Positions 21,477 to 31,486 are shown, counted from the first letter of the stretch. The stretch: 64,000 nt of DNA from Acidobacteriota bacterium (GCA_016201275.1 JACQDB010000043.1:339-64338); one strand, 5' to 3'. The notes: generated by a model from the sequence alone, not told the origin. Made by a program: numbers and translations.

Positions 21477-21627
21477 GACCTACTCTCCTGATTTGGTTTC
21501 GCCGCTTCTTCAAATGCGTCAGCAAACTGAAGGCAAGGCATCTCTAGATGTCCGCTATTATACACCCGGCCATTCCGAATCAACCACCTGTTTGCTAAAC
21601 TCCATAAGCTTGTGACAGGGGAAAACC

Positions 21628-22077
21628 ATGACCACAACCTACCAATCACACTACCAGGATTTTCTTATCAGCACCGATCCATCTTTATTGAATCTTGAGG
21701 TCATTCATGAATTTTTGACGCGCTCGTATTGGGCGCAAGGTATCGCTGTCGAAATCGTTAAACAGTCGCTAGAAAACAGCCTGTGCTTTGGCGTCTATCA
21801 TCACCAGCGGCAGGTCGGTTTTGCGCGGGTCATCACCGACTATGCGACCTTTGCTTATCTGGCTGATGTATTCATCCTCGAAGAATGTCGCGGTCAGGGG
21901 TTGAGCAAGTGGCTGATGGCAACCTTGGTCGCACATCCTGACCTGCAAGGCTTGCGGCGCTGGCTGCTGGCCACACGCGATGCTCACGAGCTTTATCGCC
22001 AATACGGCTTCGCCGATCTAGCCAGCCCAGAACGCTGGATGGAAAGATATTTTCCCGATATTTATTCGACGCAGTGA
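21628..22077 (+). CDS. GNAT family N-acetyltransferase
   Basis: QVGFARVITDYATFAYLADVF, RGQGLSKWL, LATRDAHELY. Confidence 0.9.
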   Translation: MTTTYQSHYQDFLISTDPSLLNLEVIHEFLTRSYWAQGIAVEIVKQSLENSLCFGVYHHQRQVGFARVITDYATFAYLADVFILEECRGQGLSKWLMATLVAHPDLQGLRRWLLATRDAHELYRQYGFADLASPERWMERYFPDIYSTQ

Positions 22078-22181
22078 AAACGTCTCACAGACTTGGCGGC
22101 ACAACGATAAGAGAAATCAAATCACTGCGTCGCCCACTTTTTACACTTCACTGCGTCGCCTATTTTCGAGGCCGCGCCGCC

Positions 22182-23468
22182 TCAGCCGAAGCAATACAAT
22201 CTGCCGTCTTGTGAACCGATGACCACTTTGCCTGCGGCTATGGCCGCTGATGCCGACAGCGGCGCACCGGCATTGAACTCCCAAATCTTCGCGCCGGTCT
22301 GAAAATCCAACACGTAAAAACGCCCGTCATTCGAGCCTACGAAGACTCGGCCATCGGCAAGCACTGGCGATGATTCAACCCGCGCTCGCGTCGCAAAGGT
22401 CCAAATCGCTTTGCCGGATTTGGCATTCAAACAATGCACCATCTTGTCGCGCCCACCGATGACGAGGCGACCATCCACCACGCCTGCCGAAGCGTAAAAC
22501 GGAAACTGGCGCTGCGGATGTTGATAATGCCAACTGATGCGCCGCGTCGTTACATTGACGCCCAGCACTTCATTGTTGAAAGTGCCGTAATAGGCAAGGC
22601 CATCAACCAAAGCCGGTGACGCGCCGGTGTAAGCGCCCGAAGCAATTTGAAAAAGCTCTTTGCCATCGCTGATGCGAATCGCCCGGAATTGTTCATCGCA
22701 ACCGGCTATGTAAGCGACGCCGTTCAACACTCCCGGCGTGCAATGCACTGCGCCGTTGGTGCGGAATTTCCAGATGAGCGCGCCGCTGCGTGCATTCACA
22801 CAATAAAGCTGCTCGTCGTAAGAGCCGATTAATAATTTATCGTCCACCACGACCGGCGACGCTTTGATCTCCGCAGCGGTTTTATAGGTCCATACGCCTT
22901 TGCCTGTGCTGGCATTCACGGCGTGAATCACTCCGGCTAAATCGCCTATGTAAACCAAGCCGTCTTTGACGCACGGCGAAGAGGTTTCAATATCTCCCGT
23001 CGCATATTTCCAGCGCAACGCACCGCTTTGCAAATCGAGCGCCAGCAGTTCGCTCTTGTGCGTGCCGACATAGACCGTGCCATTTTCAATAGCCGCCGAC
23101 GATTCGATAGACTCGCCGCCTTCATAAGTCCACAACAGTTTCAAATCCTTCGGCACAGGAGACAAAGAGATCGCCGTGTTTTGCAGGTTGCCGCGAAATT
23201 GCGGCCAATGCTCGGCGAAGGTATATTTTTGCGACAAGGCAAAAGGCAAAAGGCAAAAGGCAAAAATGAAAAACACCAAGGCACCGACCAACACCCGTCT
23301 TGCATAGATCGTGCGTTGCTTGCCAACGAATAGTGGCCAAATCAAACTGGCATTGATTCGGCCAAATAACGAGGGAATTCTTGCATCAGGCAATGCGAAC
23401 CCTTGTGCTACAAACTCCGGCAAATTTTGTCTGTTGCCGCTTGCCTGTGGCTTTCTTAATACGCGCAT
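22182..23468 (-). CDS. PQQ-like/BamB-type beta-propeller repeat protein (start uncertain)
   Basis: WPQFRG followed by regular SSP..DG.VYVG...ALD..G...W blades; hydrophobic segment before the propeller. Confidence 0.8.
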   Translation of the reverse strand: MRVLRKPQASGNRQNLPEFVAQGFALPDARIPSLFGRINASLIWPLFVGKQRTIYARRVLVGALVFFIFAFCLLPFALSQKYTFAEHWPQFRGNLQNTAISLSPVPKDLKLLWTYEGGESIESSAAIENGTVYVGTHKSELLALDLQSGALRWKYATGDIETSSPCVKDGLVYIGDLAGVIHAVNASTGKGVWTYKTAAEIKASPVVVDDKLLIGSYDEQLYCVNARSGALIWKFRTNGAVHCTPGVLNGVAYIAGCDEQFRAIRISDGKELFQIASGAYTGASPALVDGLAYYGTFNNEVLGVNVTTRRISWHYQHPQRQFPFYASAGVVDGRLVIGGRDKMVHCLNAKSGKAIWTFATRARVESSPVLADGRVFVGSNDGRFYVLDFQTGAKIWEFNAGAPLSASAAIAAGKVVIGSQDGRLYCFG

Positions 23469-24595
23469 CGGTACATCTCCAAAGCCTCGCTTGCGCCGAA
23501 GGGGCGCGGATTGAAAGTGCCTGTCCATTGTCTGGCGGCGTCCTCAGCAAGCATCTTCAAGTCGGCAGATTTGATGCCAACCTGGCTTAGGCGTTGCGGC
23601 AGTTGGCCGACTTCAATCAATTGCTCCAGTCTGGCGGCCAGCGCTTCACCGGCCTGCTTTGCAGCAGCGATATTCGCCACCTTCAACAGTTCGCCATAGC
23701 GTTCAGCCACCAACGCGCTGTTCCATCTGACCACAGACGGCAGCATCACGGCTATGGCTTCGCCGTGCGCCGTGCCATAATGCGCCGTCAACGGATTGGC
23801 GCAAGCGTGCGTTGCTCCCAGCATGGAATTTTCAATCGCCACCCCCGCGAAGTACGCTCCGAGTTGCATCGCGCCACGCCCTGCCAAGTTGTGGGGATCG
23901 GCCAGCACACGTTCATAATTGGCTTCCAACAAACGCCAGGCTTCTCGCGCATACATCTCCGACAAAGCGTTGCGCCGCGTCGTCACATAACTTTCGACGG
24001 CGTGCGAAATGGCATCAAAGCCCGCTGTTGCCGTCACTGTCACCGGTTGCGAAACCGTAAGTATGGGGTCAAGCAGCGCCACTCGAAAAGCCGCTTTCGG
24101 ATCACCGCAAGCCATCTTCTCATGGGTATCGGCATCGGCTATGAGCGCGTAGCATTGCGCTTCGCTGCCGGTTCCAGCAGTCGTCGGAATAGCTATCATC
24201 GGCAGCAGCGCTTGCGCGGCTTTCCCATAGCCCTTGTAATCGCGTATCGCGCCGCCGTTGGTCAATAAAAAATTGATGCCCTTGGCGCAATCCATAGAAC
24301 TGCCGCCGCCCAAACCGATCAGCGAATCAATAGCTAGAGACGAAGCAAAATCGCGTCCCGCTTCCACCATGCGGGTGTTCGGGTTCGCCTCGAAATCATG
24401 AAAGACAAACGCTTCAACGCCGACCTCTTTGAGCAGTCGTATCGCTTCGTCAACATAACCGCTATCCATCAACCCCTGGTCAGAAACCAACAAGGTACGG
24501 CGAAAGTTCAACGCACCTGCTGCTGCGCCAAGCTCTTTGAATTTCCCTGCGCCGTAATGGATTTGCGTGTGAAGTTGAAAATCGAATGGTTGCAT
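23456..24595 (-). CDS. Iron-containing alcohol dehydrogenase
   Basis: GGGSSMD, PTTAGTGSE, DAISHAVE, THACAN...HG metal ligands. Confidence 0.92.
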   Translation of the reverse strand: MQPFDFQLHTQIHYGAGKFKELGAAAGALNFRRTLLVSDQGLMDSGYVDEAIRLLKEVGVEAFVFHDFEANPNTRMVEAGRDFASSLAIDSLIGLGGGSSMDCAKGINFLLTNGGAIRDYKGYGKAAQALLPMIAIPTTAGTGSEAQCYALIADADTHEKMACGDPKAAFRVALLDPILTVSQPVTVTATAGFDAISHAVESYVTTRRNALSEMYAREAWRLLEANYERVLADPHNLAGRGAMQLGAYFAGVAIENSMLGATHACANPLTAHYGTAHGEAIAVMLPSVVRWNSALVAERYGELLKVANIAAAKQAGEALAARLEQLIEVGQLPQRLSQVGIKSADLKMLAEDAARQWTGTFNPRPFGASEALEMYRCAY

Positions 24596-24600
24596 AAAAG

Positions 24601-24676
24601 ATTGGTTATTGGTTATTGGTTATTGGTTGTTGGTTACTCGATGGGTTTCGTCATACCAGTAACCAATAACCAGCAC
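24601..24676. repeat. Inverted heptamer arrays (ATTGGTT)n ... (AACCAAT)n
   Basis: attggtt x4, gttggtt, then agtaaccaataaccagcacc. Confidence 0.85.
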
Positions 24677-26248
24677 CTAATTCGCAGGTTTTACTGCGGC
24701 GGCGGGTGCGGCTTTATCTGCCAACGCGAAAAGTTGATTGCGATTCATCACGTACAAAGCGCCATTGGCAGGCACGGCGCTGCTGTACACCGAACTACCC
24801 ATGCTGATTTCGGCAAGTTGTTTTTTCTCTTTACCGGCTTGCAGAATCACCACGTCGCCGTCTTCATCGCCGAGATAAACTTTACCGTCCACAACCAACG
24901 GCGATCCCCACACAGCGGCCAGCATATCGTAAACCCACATGACTTTGCCGGTCTTGGCATCCAGACAATGCAAGAAGCCGCTGAAGTCCGCGTAATAAAT
25001 CAAGCCATCGGCAATCGCGCCAGTAGAAATCGAACGGCGAATCTTGTCGTAATGCCAGACCACGCCCGCTTGCGTGATGTCGCCGCGTTTGGTTGCATCT
25101 ATGCAGTAAAGATGGCCTATGCCTTCGCCGTGTTCGGGGTCCTGGCCGTTCGCCATATAAACTTTGTTATCCCAGATGACCGGTGTGCTGATGACTTCGT
25201 TGCGCGTCTTTGGCCACACCGAATCTTTCGGGTTGCTGTCAAACTCCCAAAGTTTTTTGCCGGTCAACGCTTCGTAGCCGCGAATCCAGCCGTCGCCTTC
25301 GCCCATCACCACCTGCACGACGCCGCCAATCGTGCCGACCGCCGGTGATGACCATTGCCCGTGCAGTATGCGGTCACCAACATTGTTGACTTCCCACACC
25401 AGCTTGCCATTCTTTTTGTTAATCGCGATCAAGTTCGGGGCTTTCGGCGAAGGAATGTTGACGTGACTTTCATCTTGGCCGTTCGAGGTATTGATGAACA
25501 GCAAATCGCCGTACATGACCGGCGAGCAGTTCGACATATTATGCGGTTGCGAGCCGACCTCTTCCATCATATCGAATTTCCAGATGATGTCGGGGTCAAA
25601 CTTGCCGGTCAGTTTTTCCTCTTTATAGGGCCCGTCGTTTTCATTATCGCGGAACCCTTGCGTATCCAGGCACATCACTTCGCAACGATTGGTGACGTAA
25701 TAAAGTTTGTCGCCTTCGACCAGTGGCGACGAGCAGACGCCTTGAAAAGGCCAGTCGTTGACGCGCCCCGCAGGCAGTTTATCGTTGACCTGTTGCCATA
25801 AAAATTCGCCGGTCGCTTCGCCAAAACACATCAACACGCCTTTGTCGCCGGTCTGCTTCGCATCACGCGGCGCTTCATTATTGGTGCCAACGTAAACCTG
25901 CCCACCGGCAACCACAGGATTGCCGTAACTTTGCGAACCGAGGGTGGCAACCCATTTGATGTTGATCTTTTTGTTCACGTCCCAAGTTACCGGCAAGCCT
26001 TTCATGTTGGAAGTCATGTTGCGGTCAGGCGTGCCGCCCCACATCGGCCAATCGCCAGAGCCGGGGTCTGAAGCCAGCACTTTGTTTCCGGGTAAACTGT
26101 TTCCCAGTTGACAAATTATCAGAAACACCAGCGCCAGCACAGTGAATTTCCAGTTTGACAACCCGCTGCTGAATAAGCTTTTTGCCATTTGCCATTTGCC
26201 GTTGGTCATCTGCCATTTGCCTTCGCGCCAAGCCCTTTGCCGTTTCAT
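24677..26248 (-). CDS. PQQ-like beta-propeller repeat protein
   Basis: DWPMWGGTPDRN, repeated SSP/GxxxW blades; start overlaps the upstream stop (ATGA). Confidence 0.85.
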   Translation of the reverse strand: MKRQRAWREGKWQMTNGKWQMAKSLFSSGLSNWKFTVLALVFLIICQLGNSLPGNKVLASDPGSGDWPMWGGTPDRNMTSNMKGLPVTWDVNKKINIKWVATLGSQSYGNPVVAGGQVYVGTNNEAPRDAKQTGDKGVLMCFGEATGEFLWQQVNDKLPAGRVNDWPFQGVCSSPLVEGDKLYYVTNRCEVMCLDTQGFRDNENDGPYKEEKLTGKFDPDIIWKFDMMEEVGSQPHNMSNCSPVMYGDLLFINTSNGQDESHVNIPSPKAPNLIAINKKNGKLVWEVNNVGDRILHGQWSSPAVGTIGGVVQVVMGEGDGWIRGYEALTGKKLWEFDSNPKDSVWPKTRNEVISTPVIWDNKVYMANGQDPEHGEGIGHLYCIDATKRGDITQAGVVWHYDKIRRSISTGAIADGLIYYADFSGFLHCLDAKTGKVMWVYDMLAAVWGSPLVVDGKVYLGDEDGDVVILQAGKEKKQLAEISMGSSVYSSAVPANGALYVMNRNQLFALADKAAPAAAVKPAN

Positions 26249-28509
26249 TGGTTTGCTACCACCTTTATGTTATCGAAGAATACTTCGGCGGGAGCGTCGG
26301 CAAAAATGCCCGGACTCCCATGTTTATTCGGTATCGAATCCATACGCTCAATCGTCCACATCGTCGGTTCCGCCTCGTCCGTCGCCCAGGCTTTGCCGCG
26401 CACACGGGTTTTGCCGTTCGGCAGATTCTGCACTTCAAGTTTCAAGTGATACCACTTGTCGGCTGTCCAGGCGAAGGGGACTTTCTGATTGCGTTTCGGC
26501 TCGATCTGCCACGACTGCAATTCCAAGCGCTGGCTGTTGCCGAACAAGATCAGCGAGTAGCGTTGCGCCACCACACCGGCGTCGCCCAGCTGTCGGCGTT
26601 TGGCAACGGCGCGCACATCGGCTTCAATTGTGTAGTTTGACAGATGAGTTGGCCCGATCAACGAGCGCGTGCGTTTGAACGCCACAGGTTCGGTCTTCTT
26701 CACCAATATCTTGTTGCCTTCGACTTCACGTACACCATATTTGCCGGTCGCGTTAATCCAATATTTCGGCGCGGCATCAAGCGGCGTGCGGCTGAAATCT
26801 TCGCTCAAGGGCAGCGGCGGAACCACGCGCACGTGAGCGATGCCGTTGACGCCGGCAACGGTCGCTTGCAGATTGCCGCCTTGCGCGCCTGCCGATGCAG
26901 CAGGGGTGAATTGATTGCCTTGCGCGTTGCCTTGCAAACCGTCGAGCGTCCAGGTCGCGCTCGACGCTTCCCGTATGAAGCGCCCGTGATCGTCGAATAG
27001 ACGGAGTTTGAATTTGGCGCTCTCGCCGGTCTGCATAATCACATCGGCAGGGATGACTTGAAGGTGCGCGACAGGGGCGTCCGCCGGTGCTGCATCAAGG
27101 GTCTTGGCTGTCGGATGAAACGCCGGAACTTTGCCCTTCTTGCCGATGCAGTAAATATTTTTCGTCGAAACCAGAAAGACTTGACCATGAGCGATTGCCG
27201 CAGAAGCGATGATCTGCTCGTTTGAGGTAATGAGATCGTCGCCTTCGGCATTGGTGAGTTGCACGTTATCAATGGATTCAAGTTGCTCTTCGTCGAGAAC
27301 CTGACAACCTGTGGCGCTCGGTTTCAGTATGAAGAACTTGCCGTTTTCGGTGCCGACGTATAATTTGCCATCGCCGAAAACCGGTGAGGCTTTCTGCAAA
27401 GTGCCGAGCGTGTGTTTCCAAAGTTCTTTGCCGGTGTTGATGTCGAAGGCAAACAGATTGGCGCTGTCATCGAGTTGATAGAGGCGGTCGCCATCCAGCA
27501 CCGGCGACGAGTAGCCGCCGCGAAATCCTGTGAGCGACCATTTAACGCTGCTCTTGGTGAGCTTGCCTTTGCCGGTTGCATCTATGGCGGTGAGCATACC
27601 CATTTCGTTGGTCTCGTAATTTTCTTCGCTGTGCGAAGCGAAGACCGTGTTGCCTTTGACTACCGCACAGTTATTGATGCCGCGTTTGGTAATCAGAAAA
27701 TTCCACACCGGTTCGCCGGTCGCCGCTTTGATGGCGTGAACCGCGCCGTCCGCGCCGCCGACGATGAGCAGGCGCGTGCCGTTGATGGTCGCCGCAATCG
27801 GCGTCGGATAGACCGTATCATAAGGGCGCTCGCCGGGAGTGCTGACCCACACGCATTCGCCTGTGCGTTTGTCGAAAGCGTAGAAGCGATGGCGGCGCAA
27901 CGCCGTATCGCCCCAGCCGTCAATGATGGTGCTGACGATGACGTTGTCGCCTTCAATGATGGGCGAAGTCGTGCGTCCGCCTTGCGTTGTCCACGCGCCG
28001 AATTCATCGGTCAACGAGCGCGACCATAAAAACTTGCCTTCATAAGACCAGGCCATCAATTCATTACACGCGCCGAAGGTATAAACATTGCCGGTTTCCG
28101 TATCGCCTGCAGGAGCCGACCAGGCGATGCGGCGCGGCGGCACATCCGAGGAATAAACATTCGTGCGATGTTCCCAAAGCAACTTGCCGGTGTCGGCAGC
28201 AAAGCACATCAAGCGTTCCTGCATGGTTTCGCCTTCGCCTGCCGAGTTGAAGACAAAGACGCGATTGCCCATGATGATGGGCGCAGAGCGTCCGCCGAAG
28301 GGTTGTTTCCAGACCAGGTTTTCACCCTTGGGCGACCATTTTTCCGGCAGCCCGGTGGCCGACGAAGTGCCATTGCGCGCCGGGCCTCGCCATTCTGTCC
28401 AGTCGCTTGTGGAAGCGCCAACAGGCGATTTGGTTTGCGTTTGCGAGTCCACGCCGAGCGGCAGACAAACCAGAAAAACGAGTAGCGAGGTGAAAATTCT
28501 GTTAGGCAT
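26245..28509 (-). CDS. PQQ-like beta-propeller protein with C-terminal Ig-like and lectin-like beta domains
   Basis: Signal peptide, DWTEWRGPARNG, propeller blades, C-terminal WYHLKLEV...VFFDNIKV. Confidence 0.82.
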   Translation of the reverse strand: MPNRIFTSLLVFLVCLPLGVDSQTQTKSPVGASTSDWTEWRGPARNGTSSATGLPEKWSPKGENLVWKQPFGGRSAPIIMGNRVFVFNSAGEGETMQERLMCFAADTGKLLWEHRTNVYSSDVPPRRIAWSAPAGDTETGNVYTFGACNELMAWSYEGKFLWSRSLTDEFGAWTTQGGRTTSPIIEGDNVIVSTIIDGWGDTALRRHRFYAFDKRTGECVWVSTPGERPYDTVYPTPIAATINGTRLLIVGGADGAVHAIKAATGEPVWNFLITKRGINNCAVVKGNTVFASHSEENYETNEMGMLTAIDATGKGKLTKSSVKWSLTGFRGGYSSPVLDGDRLYQLDDSANLFAFDINTGKELWKHTLGTLQKASPVFGDGKLYVGTENGKFFILKPSATGCQVLDEEQLESIDNVQLTNAEGDDLITSNEQIIASAAIAHGQVFLVSTKNIYCIGKKGKVPAFHPTAKTLDAAPADAPVAHLQVIPADVIMQTGESAKFKLRLFDDHGRFIREASSATWTLDGLQGNAQGNQFTPAASAGAQGGNLQATVAGVNGIAHVRVVPPLPLSEDFSRTPLDAAPKYWINATGKYGVREVEGNKILVKKTEPVAFKRTRSLIGPTHLSNYTIEADVRAVAKRRQLGDAGVVAQRYSLILFGNSQRLELQSWQIEPKRNQKVPFAWTADKWYHLKLEVQNLPNGKTRVRGKAWATDEAEPTMWTIERMDSIPNKHGSPGIFADAPAEVFFDNIKVVANQ

Positions 28510-28718
28510 AGTCTGATTCTTCAAGCGCTAAATTTTTTGCTGCATCAACAATGACGTAACACCTGAATGCTTTGGTTCCACTGTGAATTGAAGGGCTTGA
28601 CTGGGTTACGTTCAAGATATTATGTTGCGATTGGTCGCGTCAAGCAAGTAATCTACAGACGCTGAGGGGTTCCCTCGCTGGCTCGGCACTTTATACACAG
28701 CGCCTATTGAGAACGATC

Positions 28719-29735
28719 ATGGAGTATATCAACAGACTGAATATCAGCTTAACGCCGCACGCTGACGGCGACCAAACCGTTCTGGATTTATTTGCCGGAT
28801 GCGGGGGCTTGGCGCTCGGCTTTGAAGCGCTGGGCTTCAAGACCATTGGCTTTGAAAAAGATAAAGACGCGGCAACCACTTACTCGAATAATTTACTGGG
28901 CGATGGTTATGAAACGGAACTAACAATTCATAGCGACTACCCGCCAGCGCAAATCATTATCGGCGGTCCTCCTTGCCAGCCCTTCAGTGTCGGTGGGCAT
29001 CAACGGGGGGTTGACGATCCGCGCAATGGTTTTCCAATTTTTTTAGAAGCCGTCAAAAAAGTTCAACCGGAGGTCTGGCTCTTTGAAAATGTGCGCGGCC
29101 TGCTGTATGCCAACAAATGGTATTTTGAAGCGATGCTGCAACAGCTTGCGGCGCTCGGCTACATTGTAGAATACAAGTTGTTGAATGCGGTTGATTTTGG
29201 TGTGCCGCAAAATCGCGAACGGCTTTTTGTAGTTGGACACAAAGGACGGTTCACCTTTCCAGCGAAAGAAAAAAAGCGCGTCACGGTTGCCGAAGCGATT
29301 GGTGATTGGATGGCAACCACGCCGCCTGAAGCAAAGTTTCTGACGCCATCAATGGATGAGTATGTCAAAAAATATGAGCTTGCTTCAAAGTGCATCAACC
29401 CACGCGATTTGTATCCTGACAAGCCCGCCAGAACTTTGACCTGTCGCAATATCGCAGCGCCAACCGGCGATATGCAGCGCGTCAAACTTGCCGACGGGCG
29501 CAGACGAAGATTATTGGTCAGAGAGGCGGCACGCTTGCAAAGTTTCCCGGATTGGTTTGAATTTTACGGCAATGAAACCAGTCAGTTTTATCAAATCGGC
29601 AACGCCGTTCCCCCTTTGTTAGCGCAACACCTGGCCTGTAGTGTGAAAGAGTATTTTGCCAGTGGTCTGGTATTATCAAAATCCGACATTGAGCAATCCT
29701 CTTTGCGTATCAACAAACAGCTTGCCCTTTTCTGA
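28719..29735 (+). CDS. DNA (cytosine-5) methyltransferase
   Basis: Motifs I LFAGCGG, IV GGPPCQPFS, VI ENV, VIII QNRER, X QIGNAVPP all intact. Confidence 0.95.
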   Translation: MEYINRLNISLTPHADGDQTVLDLFAGCGGLALGFEALGFKTIGFEKDKDAATTYSNNLLGDGYETELTIHSDYPPAQIIIGGPPCQPFSVGGHQRGVDDPRNGFPIFLEAVKKVQPEVWLFENVRGLLYANKWYFEAMLQQLAALGYIVEYKLLNAVDFGVPQNRERLFVVGHKGRFTFPAKEKKRVTVAEAIGDWMATTPPEAKFLTPSMDEYVKKYELASKCINPRDLYPDKPARTLTCRNIAAPTGDMQRVKLADGRRRRLLVREAARLQSFPDWFEFYGNETSQFYQIGNAVPPLLAQHLACSVKEYFASGLVLSKSDIEQSSLRINKQLALF

Positions 29736-29737
29736 AT

Positions 29738-30754
29738 ATGATTGACCATTTTTCCAAGAGTAAAAAATCGCTGACAGTGAAGCAATTGTTGAATGAAACG
29801 GTTGCCATCCTGCAAAGCGTAGGCATACCAGTTGAGTCGCACACGGAGCGACGTTTAGAAAGAATTGCCCTGTGTTTTTTGGCGGTCGCAGGAGTGACAA
29901 GCTCATGGCAATCAGCAAAGAGTTTGCCGGACAAACGTCGTTTGAAGACGCGGGACATCATCAACTTCATCAACCAACATTTTGAAGAAAGTATTTCGAG
30001 TGGCTCGTATGACGACATTCGCAGAAAAGATTTGAGGCTTTTGGTGTTGGCCAACCTGGTGATAAACAGTGGCGAGAATCCATCAGCGGCAACCAATGAC
30101 CCAACGCGGGGCTATAGCTTGGAAACAGAATTTGCTCAATTGGTGAAAGCCTTCAAAACCAAAAACTGGAAAAAGCAACTTGCCGTGTTTTTGCAGGGCA
30201 GAGTGGCTTTGAGCGATACGCTTGCTCGTCAACGAAACCTCGGCAAACTCTCCGTTGATTTGCCCGACAGCGTAACCATTGAGCTGTCACAAGGCGAACA
30301 CAACCTCCTGCAAAAACGCATCGTTGAGGAGTTCTTACCAAGATTTGGCAAAGGCTGTCAGGTTCTTTACATTGGCGACACCACAAAAAAGATTTTGCAT
30401 CTCGAGCGCGACACCCTTTCGAGGCTGAGTTTCTTTGAACTGTCGCATGAAAAACTGCCGGATATTATTGCTTATGATGCAGAGCGCAACTGGCTCTATT
30501 TAATCGAGGCCGTGCATAGTAGTGGAGCGATGAACGAGGCCAGAGTTTTGGAACTCAAAAGAGCGACACAGCAATGCACGGCCCAAATCATATTTGTCAC
30601 CGCGTTCTTGAAGAAGAGTGATTTCAGAAAATGGATATTGGACATTGCCTGAGAAACCGAGGTTTGGCTGGCCGAAACACCAGACCACTTGATTCACTTT
30701 AATGGGGGAAAATATTTACACCCATACGAATCAGACCCAGCCGGTTTTCCATGA
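29738..30754 (+). pseudogene. BsuBI/PstI-family type II restriction endonuclease with an in-frame TGA at 30650-30652
   Basis: GEHNLLQKRIVEEFLPRF, HEKLPD, IEAVHSSG, FVTAF; the frame continues past the TGA as DIA*ETEVWLAETPDHLIHFNG to a stop at 30754. Confidence 0.85.
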
Positions 30755-30766
30755 AGGAAACCGTCC

Positions 30767-30988
30767 ATGTTTGAGCGAACAGTTTTCATCCTGACCTTCG
30801 CGCTACTGCTTGTCATTTCCGCACTCGCGCAAGACAGCAACGAAGCGTTTTTGGCTGCCGCCAGAACAAGCGAGGTCGCTACGGTCAAGGTTTTTTTAGA
30901 TAAAGACGCTGAGGCGAACCACAAAACTCAGTACAGGGCGCTGTCTTATAGCGAATTCATTTGCCCACAACCACAACACCCAGTTTAG
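30767..30988 (+). pseudogene. Truncated secreted ankyrin-repeat protein remnant
   Basis: Signal peptide, then NEAFLAAARTSEVATVKVFLDKDAEANHKT (decayed ankyrin unit), ending at a palindrome. Confidence 0.5.
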
Positions 30989-31012
30989 AGGCGGTCAGAG
31001 ACCGCCTCTAAA
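30984..31012. terminator. Hairpin, terminator or REP-like (family shared with 57358-57409)
   Basis: tttagaggcggtc-aga-gaccgcctctaaa, 13-bp perfect stem. Confidence 0.7.
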
Positions 31013-31271
31013 TTAATTGCACACCTCTGCAACCCGCTATAGGTCGGCGATAAAGGCTTCGTCTGCGATGCCGTTCCTGCCGCCTTAGCGAACTTCAAAT
31101 CCACAGAAAAGCTTCTCAGAGGCATACTTTTTTCTATCTATACCTAGACGCACGGCGGCGGTTAAAAATTCCGTCGAGAACTGCTTACAGGGTTAGCAAG
31201 AGATCAGTTTCATACCCGCACGCGGGCGACTCTCTATCCACTTCGGAGTTTCCTTCTGTCGAAAAAAAAAT

Positions 31272-31337
31272 TTGACAAGCCCTGTGGCTTTTTGTCATTA
31301 TCATCGCGTTATTCTGAAAATGGATTTCAGTTTCAGA
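31272..31337 (+). promoter_or_regulatory. Sigma70-like promoter with a downstream Fur-family-like operator
   Basis: TTGACA at 31272, TGnCATTAT at 31293-31301; tctgaaaatggatttcagtttcaga palindrome, 12/19 match to the GATAATGATAATCATTATC Fur box. Confidence 0.5.
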
Positions 31338-31486
31338 TTATTGGTATATGGCTGGAGTAAAATCCCAGAGCCGTGTTCCTGATGATGACAAGTCGCATCA
31401 GGCAGGCAGCGTAGAAAAATTGGTGCGCTTTGGTTTGGGATTTGCTCATCACACTTTTGGCAGCATGGTAGGAAAGGACAAGAACG

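Noticed and set aside
22122-22160. 13-bp direct repeat tcactgcgtcgcc x2
   Set aside because: Short duplication between convergent genes with no further support.
30650-30652. Selenocysteine or genome-wide TGA=Trp recoding
   Set aside because: The position is a conserved Trp, not Cys, and many genes here end in TGA at their expected C-termini.
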